Shown here piece after piece: positions 56,801-64,000 of a stretch of 64,000 nucleotides of DNA. Origin of the DNA: a virus (taxonomy: Duplodnaviria; Caudoviricetes); IMG/VR virus record IMGVR_UViG_3300029319_000001; one strand, 5' to 3'. Under the pieces are notes generated by a model that worked only from the letters and a program-made list of their open reading frames with translations, was not told the DNA's origin and did no database searches. A program made the position numbers and the translations under genes. Every line of letters begins with the position of its first letter. The stretch's first letter is position 1.

Positions 56801-57917
56801 AGCAACTAACTTTACAGTTGGACAAACAATAGGTGATGGTTCATTAACAATCAATTCTCCTGTTGGTCTTAACAGTCATACAGATATACCTGATAATGTT
56901 GAGGTAAGAATTGGTGACAATACAGACTTCAAGATCTATCATCAAGATACTGATGCATTTAATAACAGAGGACATGTTATTTTACAGCATGCTAATGGTA
57001 ATACAACTTATGGTAGAGTTCAAGTAAGAAGTGATTACTTCAGTGTTCAAACTGCTGCAGGTAATAGCGACTTCTTGATGACAGATGATAAGACTCTTAA
57101 ATTGATGTATGCAGATACTAATGCATCTGGAGTCGGTGATAGAGTAATTATCAGAGCATCTGGTACAGAGTTACTTGGTATTTCATCATTCATAGACAAT
57201 GGTGTTTACAAAGGAGAAGTTTCAATCGGAACTTCTATTACAGCAACAGCAGGTGTTGTAACTGCAAATGCAATAGATCTTGCTGATGCAGATATTCTTG
57301 ATGCTAAAATCACTGCAGGTTTAGCAACTGATTTTGCAATAACAAATCTAAAATCACAATCTGGTATCATAACCGATTTGAATGTTGCATCTGACATTAG
57401 AGTTGGTGGTGCTATGACTGTTACTGGTATAGCAACATTCCAGAATGATGTATTTGTTGGAGGTAACTTAAATGTTGTTGGTGATGTTGTATATGATGAG
57501 ATAGATGGTAGAAATATAAACATCACTGGAATATCTACTCTAAATAATTTGATCGTAACTGGTATCAGTACAATATCTGATCTTCTGATCGGTGCAGGTA
57601 GTTCTACTACTAAGATAACAACCAATAGTGGTGAATTAGTATTAGATTCTACAGCAGGTCAAGTTACAATTCAAGACAATGTTCATGTCGTTGGATATGC
57701 CACATTCAAGAATGGTTTATATTATCGTTCTGATCAGGGTGGTAGCACTGGTATAGGATATAGCGGTCCTAACGGTATGGCATACTTTGAGGATGATGGT
57801 AGATTGGTAAGTTCTGCAAGCACTGTAGGATTCTTAACCACTTCTAACTATGTGATGACTACAAATGCTTCTGGAGTTCCACAGTGGACAAATAGCATTG
57901 ACGGAGGATTCTTCTAA
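50808..57917 (+). CDS. Long multidomain fibre (2369 aa): NIAIG head repeats, AKITAG shaft repeats, beta-helix, LamG/ConA lectin domain
   Basis: NIAIGxxA repeats; WFVSTNG...PFRTIAYAL...IAAGVYQE..PL.VP (DUF1565/pectate-lyase-like start); KFGTASL...DFTIEFW...WKHYAI...GWIDEVRI (LamG); ends IDGGFF. Confidence 0.85.
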   Translation: MSATLLLKRTLGTSPPNIAPVGTGVSFGELVYTYDTSDVGAGKSYKKLYIGNPAGPTATPIVIGGEYYTSLIPESPANYGNREANKALILDSNAKVKSWSVVTDFHNAGVGTNQGDFYVGGNLNVTGDLVYDEVTGRNINITGIGTIATIFNTKATIADGSINNLFTVSGLVTTLTGTSANYTQVNVGHALTANNVEITGITTLTNNLDFSRNLIKIGRETASGISSADGSIFIGDYAATGMGQSTSNRRNIAIGASALQYGGVGNNADELESNIVMGNFAGYRLQGTKNLMVGDKVGFALSSSGNDENIALGNQAMYGDTFPVVDGVTLSISVGQQTAIANHDESTDVTETSGSGQGLIVRLQTGGTGLVTLIDVISPGDGYVLGDTFTIPFGFQTLTGSVTSINGRFLSGGTGARQQSKNIAIGPYSLYSVDGSRNIAIGYSAGDTTTGSGNIIIGYERDVAIANSDNQLTIGSSLINWIDGNQLGYVGIGTTRPFGLLDAGGVFIVDKGTGNTVISGVTTVPTLDVDNLGIEDIKVTAGLATDFAITNAKIQSGIITDTVGTAATITNVDFVNADILAAKITAGIVTDIVGTAATITTFDTETADLKDVKITTGLVTSLVGTYATITTFDADDADINVIKTVTGVVTSLTGFGVTYNTADFEFVDASDIKITTGLVTSLVGTYVTFQDADFQDDVRVGGALTVVGDLTVQGNTSFVQSTVIQVTDKNIELGFSSTGSHANATADNGGVILKGTTDKTILYNQAREAWESNLKWNPDVDDSLDIGEPDVQWRDIYIDGTAHLDAADILDAKITAGIITSQVGTYATIGTVDIETLDAKDVNITGLAVTDIVGTAATITTIDATDGDIVNAKITAGVVTSLVGTYSTIGDVDVTYDIRVGGALTITGDIDANGDLDVDGHAELDQLRVSGVGTIPTFDTETADLKNVKITAGIITDIVGTAATITTIDATEGDIVNAKVTAGVVTSLVGTYATITTAHVSNLSADSLSLTGLAVTDVVVATAATFTGVIDVNDADVVNAKITAGVVTSLVGTYATITTLDVETLDAQNINITGVAVTDIVGTAASITTIDTNNFDAVNAKINAGYITSLYDSTGVVGVNTQHMLSTNAAGELVWKEPAQIGIATINAKLDTWFVSTNGVDDGEPSRGRTAERPFRTIAYALSQITSIGVNDVLSIAAGVYQETFPLTVPAGLTIKGAGLRATKIIPTNATKQKDAFLLNDRSVIEDITIADMFFNTSANEGYAFKYAPGIALTSRSPYVQRVTVFNKGSNVTASDPYGYASADSNPSSYISGGGAYLDGSEVASGSLEAAMLFNEVTFIVPNSKGVVMTNGSRCEYINCFTYFAAEAIKGESGSLGIHSTGQTRLRLTGITTVGVGNTITLFDTDGTTSLGSAVVASYDGTYLGVTGKQLGFEVLNARTAKTVTFNDDAQLDTTVKKFGTASLKLDGANDSISIPSSGDLGFGTNTDFTIEFWAYANTTGLSSATLFDLRDNGTDAEGLSLAFRAAGEVDLRVGTTTAITGSGAGIATGVWKHYAIAREGTDTRLFVDGTQRGIKFSDTTDYGSSKGIVFGADFDGASNNVTGWIDEVRIEKGVAKYTGNFTAPTSAPTGDKDTKLLLHFDGTSGIKTTSDDVIRNQDVRITQAGGGIGTATKIILADYSQFGADMRSVSCAVEYGQKGVIADGDGVTMRLFALNFNMVGAGGDITNDPNLAIQANEVTEVNNGDVSYVSIDQKGDFRVGEAFFVDQENGTVSFSQQVTSLQALSNLTITDGSNSSQITPNSGTFGNIQIAGNNIESTSGDINIDPAGSGDINITGDVNILGILTATVIQLDAFQKNDTSIALDDSGSDGTIRFNTDNVEGMRLDANQKLGIGTATPRDRLDVLDTARFENVNVTGVTTVVTLDVNGDLDVDGHAELDQLNVAGVATITTFDTETADLQTVKITSGIITDIVGTGATITTIDANSFDTVNAKINTGLATNFTVGQTIGDGSLTINSPVGLNSHTDIPDNVEVRIGDNTDFKIYHQDTDAFNNRGHVILQHANGNTTYGRVQVRSDYFSVQTAAGNSDFLMTDDKTLKLMYADTNASGVGDRVIIRASGTELLGISSFIDNGVYKGEVSIGTSITATAGVVTANAIDLADADILDAKITAGLATDFAITNLKSQSGIITDLNVASDIRVGGAMTVTGIATFQNDVFVGGNLNVVGDVVYDEIDGRNINITGISTLNNLIVTGISTISDLLIGAGSSTTKITTNSGELVLDSTAGQVTIQDNVHVVGYATFKNGLYYRSDQGGSTGIGYSGPNGMAYFEDDGRLVSSASTVGFLTTSNYVMTTNASGVPQWTNSIDGGFF

Positions 57918-58738
57918 TGGCAAAACCTAGTAGCAGAGTTACATTACAAGATTATGTTTTTAGACAACTTGGTGCTCCTGTATTGGAGATCAATGTTGCT
58001 GATGAGCAGTTTGATGATTTATTAGATGACTCTCTACAATATTTTTATGAGAGACATTTTGATGGTGTAGAAAAAGTATTTCTAAAATATCAATTAACTA
58101 CAGAAGATATTGAAAGAGGTAGAGCAAGAGGTGGTGGATTTTCTACAGGAATTACAACTAGCACAACAACCTCTGGAGATTTTGAAGAGAACTCAAATTA
58201 CTTGACAGTTCCTGACTCAGTGATAGGTATAGAAAAAGTTCATCAGTTTGATAGCAGTGGACTTAGTAACGGTATGTTTAATTTAAAATATCAACTATTC
58301 TTAAATGATATTGCATTTAATTTAGGATACGATGGTCTTTTAAATTACTCTATGACAAAGACATATCTAGAAGATATTAACTTCTTGTTGACAACATCAA
58401 CAATGGTTAGATTTAATAAAAGAAATAATAAATTATACTTAGATATTGACTGGGCAGCAGCAACATTAAATCATTATGTTTTGATAGAGTGTTACAGAAT
58501 TATGGATCCTTCTAATTATGCTGCAGTGTATAACGACTCATTCTTAAAAAGATATGTTGTCGCAAAAACTAAAAAACAGTGGGGACAAAACCTCATAAAA
58601 TACCAAGGAGTAAAATTACCTGGCGGAACTGAATTAAATGGTAGACAAATTTATGAAGATGGTGACTTAGAGTTAAGAGAACTCGAAGCAAATATGCTAT
58701 CTACCTATGAAGTTCCTGTACTTGACATGATTGGATAA
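57917..58738 (+). CDS. gp13: Neck protein gp13
   Basis: MAKPSSR..LQDYVFRQLGAPVLEINV, KKQWGQNLIKYQGVKLPGG.ELNGRQIY. Confidence 0.95.
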   Translation: MAKPSSRVTLQDYVFRQLGAPVLEINVADEQFDDLLDDSLQYFYERHFDGVEKVFLKYQLTTEDIERGRARGGGFSTGITTSTTTSGDFEENSNYLTVPDSVIGIEKVHQFDSSGLSNGMFNLKYQLFLNDIAFNLGYDGLLNYSMTKTYLEDINFLLTTSTMVRFNKRNNKLYLDIDWAAATLNHYVLIECYRIMDPSNYAAVYNDSFLKRYVVAKTKKQWGQNLIKYQGVKLPGGTELNGRQIYEDGDLELRELEANMLSTYEVPVLDMIG

Positions 58739-60183
58739 TGCCTGTATCACCTTTTTTCCAACACGGTTCACCCGAAGAACAGAGATTGGTTCAGTCTCTG
58801 GTAGATGAACATTTAAAAATGTTTGGGATTGATGTGTATTATATTCCCAGAAAACAAATAACTACTGATGATATTTTAGGTGAGGTTCAGTCATCTAAAT
58901 TTAATGATAATTATTTGATGGAAGCATATCTAAACAACTACGAAGGATATGCAAAAGGTAGTGATATAATGACTAAGTTTGGTATAAATTTACAGAACGA
59001 AATTACACTAACAATATCTAGAGAAAGGTTTGAAGATTTTATAGCACCATTTCAATTTAACTCTACTAACTTACAAGGTGATCAAGATGGTGATTTATTA
59101 TTTGGAACTAGACCTAAAGAAGGAGATCTTATATTCTTCCCACTAGGAGAGAGATTATTTGAGATAAAACATGTAGAACATGAAATGCCTTTCTTTCAGT
59201 TAGGTAAAAATTATACTTATGAATTACAATGTGAACTCTTCCAGTTACAAGACGAAATTATCGACACCAATGTTGCTCAGATTGATAGCAGATTAAGTGA
59301 AGAAGGAAACATTACAACAGTTGTTCTTGCAGGTATTGGTTCTACAGCACAAATAGCTGTAGATACATTTGCACCGTCAGGAGCATTACAGAAAATTACA
59401 TTAAATGATGATGGATCTGGATATACAACTCCACCAAGTATTAGTGTAAGTCCATCACCTGCAGGTGTATCAGATGCTATGGGTCAGGCAGTTGCTATTA
59501 CAACTCAAAAAGGTTTACTCAATGCAATAGATTTTGTTGCAATTACCAATCCTGGTTTTGCATATGTTGAACCACCTACAATAGGATTTGGAACGCCAGG
59601 TGTGGGTGCTGCTGCAACTGCTACATTGACTAACTCAGGTATTGGATCTATTAGAATTTCACAACCAGGTTCTAATTATGTTTCTGCACCTATTATAACT
59701 ATACAACATCCATCAGATGTTGGAATTGGAACTACAGGAACTGTAGGTATTAAGACAGGTCAAGTACAAGCAACTGCTGTAGGAATAATAAAGAACTCAG
59801 TTCTTTCTAGCATATTCTTAACTGATGCAGGTTCTGGATACGAGGGTATTCCAACTGTTACAGTTAGTTCTCCTCTAAGTGTAGGAATAGGAACATATCA
59901 TATAAATGAAAGAGTAGTTGGATCTGATTCTGGCACTGAAGCTTTCGTACAAAGTTGGAACGAAGTTACTAGAGAATTACAAATTACAATAAATACTGGT
60001 GATTTCAGAGCAGGAGAGTTTATAACTGGTACTGCGTCATCTGCAAGATACCAAGTTCTTTCATATACTGACGACTTGAGTGATCATGCTGCAGGATCTG
60101 AATACAACATGAATGAAGAATTTGAAACTGCTGCTGATGCACTTTTAGACTTCACTGAATCTAATCCCTTTGGAGATGTATAA
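58738..60183 (+). CDS. gp14: Neck protein gp14 with internal insertion
   Basis: EQRLVQSLVDE.LKMFGIDVYYIPR, RPKEGDLIFFPL, YELQCELF, DFTESNPFG. Confidence 0.93.
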   Translation: MPVSPFFQHGSPEEQRLVQSLVDEHLKMFGIDVYYIPRKQITTDDILGEVQSSKFNDNYLMEAYLNNYEGYAKGSDIMTKFGINLQNEITLTISRERFEDFIAPFQFNSTNLQGDQDGDLLFGTRPKEGDLIFFPLGERLFEIKHVEHEMPFFQLGKNYTYELQCELFQLQDEIIDTNVAQIDSRLSEEGNITTVVLAGIGSTAQIAVDTFAPSGALQKITLNDDGSGYTTPPSISVSPSPAGVSDAMGQAVAITTQKGLLNAIDFVAITNPGFAYVEPPTIGFGTPGVGAAATATLTNSGIGSIRISQPGSNYVSAPIITIQHPSDVGIGTTGTVGIKTGQVQATAVGIIKNSVLSSIFLTDAGSGYEGIPTVTVSSPLSVGIGTYHINERVVGSDSGTEAFVQSWNEVTRELQITINTGDFRAGEFITGTASSARYQVLSYTDDLSDHAAGSEYNMNEEFETAADALLDFTESNPFGDV

Positions 60184-60989
60184 TGTTAGGTACTTATTTT
60201 TACCATGAAATTATAAGAAAAACAATTATCGGTTTCGGTACATTGTTTAATGATATTCATATTAGACATGAAGATAGAAATGGAGGAACTCTTAGTGAAA
60301 CTAAAGTCCCTTTAACTTACGGTCCTAAACAAAAGTTTTTAGCAAAATTAGAGCAGCAAGCAGAATTATCAAAAGCAGTTGCTATAACATTACCTAGGAT
60401 GTCATTTGAGATGAATAACATGTCATATGATCCTGGTAGAAAATCTAGTATAACAAGAACATTTAAGGCAGTTGATACTACAGACAATACTAAGGCAAAG
60501 AAAGTATATCTTCCTGTCCCATATAACATAGGATTTGAGTTAAATGTAATGACAAAATTAAATGATGATGCATTACAAATTGTAGAACAAATATTACCAT
60601 TCTTTCAACCTGCATTTAATATTACAATAGACTTAGTAAATTCTATTGGAGAGAAAAGAGATGTACCAATAGTATTAGAAAATATTAATTTTAGTGATGA
60701 GTATGAAGCAGACTTTTCAACTAGAAGAGTTTTGATGTATACTTTTAATTTTAATGCTAAGACTTATCTCTTTGGTCCTGTCGCAGACAGCACAGATGGA
60801 TTAATTAAGAAAGTTCAAGTAGATTACTACTCTAATACTGAGACAGATACTGCTAAGAGAGAAATGAGATATAAAGTACAACCAGATCCTGTAGATGCAG
60901 GACCTGCAGATGACTTTGGATTTAGTGAAAGCACTGAGATGTTTAGTGATTCTAAGATTTACAGTCCAACTAGAAGGGAGGATGTCTAA
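60183..60989 (+). CDS. gp15: Tail sheath stabiliser/terminator gp15
   Basis: YFYHEIIRKTIIGFGTLFNDI, VPLTYGPKQKFLAKL, LPRMSFE, PVPYNIGFEL. Confidence 0.95.
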   Translation: MLGTYFYHEIIRKTIIGFGTLFNDIHIRHEDRNGGTLSETKVPLTYGPKQKFLAKLEQQAELSKAVAITLPRMSFEMNNMSYDPGRKSSITRTFKAVDTTDNTKAKKVYLPVPYNIGFELNVMTKLNDDALQIVEQILPFFQPAFNITIDLVNSIGEKRDVPIVLENINFSDEYEADFSTRRVLMYTFNFNAKTYLFGPVADSTDGLIKKVQVDYYSNTETDTAKREMRYKVQPDPVDAGPADDFGFSESTEMFSDSKIYSPTRREDV

Positions 60990-61408
60990 TGTCTAAACCA
61001 ATTGATGATGCATTAAATACCACATCTGATGATCATGCTTATGTACGAAAGTTCAATAGGCACAAAGATGTTCCTGCAAAAAAGGATCATGGTGCTGAGA
61101 TAGATAAAGACTATGAATACTCTAGAGCACAGTTATATAACTTAATAGAAAAAGGACAAGAAACTTTAGATGGTATAATGGATGTTGCAAATGAATCTGG
61201 ATCTCCTAGAGCATTTGAAGTAGCAGGTCAAGTGTTAAAATCAACTGCTGACATTGCAGACAAGTTGATGGATTTACAAAAGAAGGTAAAAGAAATTGAC
61301 GAGACTAAAAACAACACTACAAATAATGTTACTAATAACGCTATTTTCACTGGCAGCACTGCCGAGTTGCAAAAACTCATCAAGAAAGGATTCCTAGATA
61401 CTAAATAA
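60989..61408 (+). CDS. gp16: Terminase small subunit gp16
   Basis: DYEYSRAQLYNLIEKGQE, SPRAFEVAGQVLK, NNAIFTGSTAELQKL. Confidence 0.95.
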   Translation: MSKPIDDALNTTSDDHAYVRKFNRHKDVPAKKDHGAEIDKDYEYSRAQLYNLIEKGQETLDGIMDVANESGSPRAFEVAGQVLKSTADIADKLMDLQKKVKEIDETKNNTTNNVTNNAIFTGSTAELQKLIKKGFLDTK

Positions 61409-61427
61409 GGCTAGAATACAAAGTTCT

Positions 61428-61856
61428 ATGTCAGAAGTAAAGAAGGAAGAGAAAGGTATTCTTGGTAAAATCAAGGATAAAGTTCTTCCTGATGAAGACG
61501 AACAAGCTGCTATTATTAGTACCTTTGTGCGTCTAGGTGTTTTGGTATGGTCTGGTGGAATACTAACATTGAATTATGTTGCTATACCAGGTGTACCACA
61601 ACAAAAGATAGATCCAACTTTTATAGCTTCGGTTTTTACAGGAGTTTTAGCTAGTTTCGGCATTCAAACGGCTAGCAAGAAAGGTGATGGAACTATGAAG
61701 ATGCCACCTGGCGGTGGTAGCGGACCTAATGGTAATATATCTAAAGCAGATATGGAGAAGTTGATTGACAAAGCAACTCAAGCAGCACCCGTACAGACTA
61801 TTAGATTAGAACAAGCACCATTGGTCATCAATCCTCAATCTCCAAAGAAAGGTTAA
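61428..61856 (+). CDS. Conserved cyanophage membrane protein (2 TM)
   Basis: RLGVLVWSGGILTLNYV..PG..KIDPTFIASVFTGVLASFG; CTAAATA late-like site just upstream. Confidence 0.75.
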   Translation: MSEVKKEEKGILGKIKDKVLPDEDEQAAIISTFVRLGVLVWSGGILTLNYVAIPGVPQQKIDPTFIASVFTGVLASFGIQTASKKGDGTMKMPPGGGSGPNGNISKADMEKLIDKATQAAPVQTIRLEQAPLVINPQSPKKG

Positions 61857-61858
61857 TC

Positions 61859-62095
61859 ATGCAAAAAATCGTAAATGGAATCGCTATAGCTAGCGGTATC
61901 GTGTCTTTATCAGTTGTCGGACTTGGTGGATACATTTTCATCAGAAAAGATGCTATAATAGATAATGTAAAAAGCAAAATTATGGAGTCTGTTTTACCAG
62001 GCGGACTTGGTGGTGGATCACTAGGTGATCTTGGTGGCGGGGTTTTAAATGCAGTTCCTACAGGTCCTGCACTACCAGAAGCACCCAGTTTCTAA
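61859..62095 (+). CDS. Single-TM hypothetical protein
   Basis: MQKIVNGIAIASGIVSLSVVGLGGYIF...DAIIDNVK. Confidence 0.75.
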   Translation: MQKIVNGIAIASGIVSLSVVGLGGYIFIRKDAIIDNVKSKIMESVLPGGLGGGSLGDLGGGVLNAVPTGPALPEAPSF

Positions 62096-62098
62096 TGT

Positions 62099-62722
62099 AT
62101 GTTTAATTATCATGCGGTTTCTCCACCTGTATCAGGGTGGTTAGAAATCTCTTTGGAGAAGGAAATCATTGATTATCTCTGGAAGATTGAAAGAGAGTCA
62201 AGATATCCTGGCACATCAGTAAAGAACACACTAGCAGGTAACATTACAGAAAGTAGAAGTCTGAAAGACACAGATGATTACTTTCTGAAGAATGTGTTAC
62301 TTGATTGTGTCAGAAATTATAAGGAAGAGTTTCCGTATACTATTAGAAAACCCGATACCATATCTGATGGTAACCTAACACTAAATGGGTTTTGGGTTAA
62401 TTATCAAAAGCAACATGAGTTTAATCCCATGCATGATCATGGTGGTGCATACTCATTTGTTATATGGATGAAGATACCAACAAAATCACAAGAGCAGCAT
62501 AACTTAGGATTCCTGCGAGGTATGAAAAATGCTTGTGCTTCTAATTTTGAGATGACCTATCTCAATACCACTGGAGAGTTAAAGCATTTTCCTTATTTTA
62601 TGGATCCTGATAAAGAAGGTAAGATGTTATTTTTTCCTGCAAGTATGAAACATGCTGTACATCCGTTTTACGGTTGTCCCGAAGAAAGAATTTCTATATC
62701 TGGTAATCTGTACTATACATAG
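62099..62722 (+). CDS. Putative 2OG-Fe(II) oxygenase
   Basis: FWVNYQK..EFNPMHDH, HAVHPF, RISISGN. Confidence 0.85.
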   Translation: MFNYHAVSPPVSGWLEISLEKEIIDYLWKIERESRYPGTSVKNTLAGNITESRSLKDTDDYFLKNVLLDCVRNYKEEFPYTIRKPDTISDGNLTLNGFWVNYQKQHEFNPMHDHGGAYSFVIWMKIPTKSQEQHNLGFLRGMKNACASNFEMTYLNTTGELKHFPYFMDPDKEGKMLFFPASMKHAVHPFYGCPEERISISGNLYYT

Positions 62723-62726
62723 TTAA

Positions 62727-62993
62727 GTGGAGTTATCTGATAAAATAAAACAATTTATTGCTCCCATCAAACAGCATATAGAAGCTGATGGTGGGAGTGT
62801 AGAGTTTATTGAGGTAACAGAAGATTTGGTAGTTAAAATTAAATTATCTGGATCTACTAAACCATGTGAAGATTGCCCAGACCCCATGAAGTATTGTACT
62901 CCATGTATAATGGATACAAGACATTTAAAAAAAGAATTGACTAGAGAACTTACAGAATCTTTTTCGGAATTGAATGGCATTGAATACGATTGA
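62727..62993 (+). CDS. NifU/NfuA-like domain protein with two CxxC motifs
   Basis: IAPIKQHIEADGGSVEFIEV....VKIKLSGS..CEDC..CTPC. Confidence 0.75.
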   Translation: MELSDKIKQFIAPIKQHIEADGGSVEFIEVTEDLVVKIKLSGSTKPCEDCPDPMKYCTPCIMDTRHLKKELTRELTESFSELNGIEYD

Positions 62994-63510
62994 CACAGTA
63001 ACTGTCAAAAAAGAGTTACCAATTTTTACAGTAAGATTACCTGAGTTAAATGTATCTAAGGTAATAGAAGAATATAAAAATTTATATCCAGAAGATTATA
63101 ATAAACAATTACCAAATGCTCCCGTAAGATCTTCATGGAGAAGTAATATGTGGGCAATGGATTATCCTAAATTAAAATCATTTGTTTCTATAGTTATTAA
63201 ATGTTGCGAAACCGTTGGTCGTGATTATTTTCACATGAGAGATGATACAAAATTTGAATGCAACAATTTATGGATGATGTGCTATAATAAAGGTGATTAT
63301 GCAAAACCACATAATCATTTTCCAAATGATCTATCATGTGTGTATTATGCCAATGTAGATAAAGATTGTTCTCCTATAATTTTTGAGGGAGATGTAGAGA
63401 TAAAACCAGTTAATAATTTATTAATAATTTTTCCATCTTTACTCACTCATGAAGTTCCGTTAACAAACGGTCAGCGAACCGCCATATCAATGAATCTGAG
63501 GGCAAATTAA
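62974..63510 (+). CDS. Putative 2OG-Fe(II) oxygenase
   Basis: LWMMCYNKGDYAKPHNH, IIFPSLLTHEVP, RTAISMN. Confidence 0.85.
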   Translation: MALNTIDTVTVKKELPIFTVRLPELNVSKVIEEYKNLYPEDYNKQLPNAPVRSSWRSNMWAMDYPKLKSFVSIVIKCCETVGRDYFHMRDDTKFECNNLWMMCYNKGDYAKPHNHFPNDLSCVYYANVDKDCSPIIFEGDVEIKPVNNLLIIFPSLLTHEVPLTNGQRTAISMNLRAN

Positions 63511-63548
63511 ACAGATACATAATATTAATTAATTACTATTATTAGTTT

Positions 63549-63848
63549 ATGTTATCTACCGCATATCGTCTACGGTTAGTAGACATCTGCAAATCTATTG
63601 CAGCAGGACAAGAAGTTGGATTGGAGGACATGATATGGGCAGAGAAATTGGCAAAGAAAAACACATCGGCAAGAGGTATGCTACAATCAGCAAGACGGTT
63701 AGCGTCGAGTGATGACGATTCTTTTCTTAAGTACTTGAATATAGGAGACTCCGATTCAAGGAAACATAAAAGGGGTTTCACAGATGCAGGAGATATCGCT
63801 GATTGGTTTAGGAATGATAGACCAGATGATTGGAGACAAAGAGATTAA
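63549..63848 (+). CDS. Conserved cyanophage/cyanobacterial hypothetical protein
   Basis: MLSTAYRLRLVDICKSIAAGQEV.LEDMIWAEKLAK.NTSA. Confidence 0.75.
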   Translation: MLSTAYRLRLVDICKSIAAGQEVGLEDMIWAEKLAKKNTSARGMLQSARRLASSDDDSFLKYLNIGDSDSRKHKRGFTDAGDIADWFRNDRPDDWRQRD

Positions 63849-63849
63849 G

Positions 63850-63857
63850 TATAAATA
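63850..63857 (+). promoter_or_regulatory. T4-type late promoter
   Basis: TATAAATA immediately upstream of ptox. Confidence 0.7.
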
Positions 63858-63862
63858 CTTAT

Positions 63863-64000
63863 ATGAAACAATTCAACACATGGGTCTTGGATACTACGAT
63901 CTATATCCTAGACTTTCTTTACAGAGGTAGAGATTTCCAGAGATTTTGGGTTTTAGAAGTTATTGCTAGAGCACCATACTTCTCTTTCATATCTGTTCTA
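63863..64000 (+). CDS. ptox: Plastoquinol terminal oxidase, 3'-truncated by the window (not in ORF track)
   Basis: MKQFNTWVLDTTIYILDFLYRGRDFQRFWVLEVIARAPYFSFISVL, with the diagnostic RFWVLE.IAR.PYF motif. Confidence 0.9.
   Translation, partial: MKQFNTWVLDTTIYILDFLYRGRDFQRFWVLEVIARAPYFSFISVL

Noticed and set aside
52400-57400. Diversity-generating retroelement TR/VR pair among the fibre DNA repeats
   Set aside because: The differences inspected between copies are mostly synonymous and not adenine-specific; no reverse transcriptase in the window.
158-63781. All other minus-strand ORFs in the track (e.g. 2874..3524, 57206..57625, 63542..63781)
   Set aside because: They lie fully antisense to well-supported plus-strand genes, have no recognisable motifs, and reflect stop-poor reverse frames of G/T/V-rich proteins.
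1-64000. tRNA/rRNA genes, introns, integrase or transposase
   Set aside because: No cloverleaf with T-loop/CCA signature, no interrupted core gene and no recombinase motifs were noticed by eye; tRNAscan-SE and Infernal would be needed to exclude them formally.

Overview
The window is a fragment of an AT-rich, T4-like marine cyanomyovirus genome (Kyanoviridae-like; a Prochlorococcus/Synechococcus host is inferred from ptox and cyanophage-type gene content). Essentially every real gene is on the + strand. Layout: (1) 1-6.9 kb, tail fibre genes, a glycine-rich gp38-like adhesin and a 2OG-Fe(II) oxygenase; (2) 6.9-11.9 kb, an enzyme island (ligase-like nucleotidyltransferase, two flavin-dependent halogenase-like paralogues, small membrane proteins); (3) 11.9-22 kb, an early-type region of many small ORFs split into cassettes by a repeated ~20-bp box plus sigma70-like promoter, with at least two candidate structured ncRNAs, a possible attenuator, an orphan REase-like nuclease, an SF2 helicase, an orphan HicA-like gene and a divergent-promoter non-coding hub; (4) 23.7-61.4 kb, late structural genes (gp25, gp6, 4883-aa gp7-like, gp8, VrlC-like, 2369-aa fibre, gp13, gp14, gp15, gp16); (5) 61.4-64 kb, an accessory island (two more 2OG-Fe(II) oxygenases, NifU-like protein, start of ptox). 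The strongest unexplained signals are the box/terminator/promoter cassette system and the promoter-anchored structured RNAs at 11964-12268 and 17526-17598. No tRNA, rRNA, CRISPR array, integrase or reverse transcriptase was seen. All family assignments come from motif recognition by eye, not database searches.
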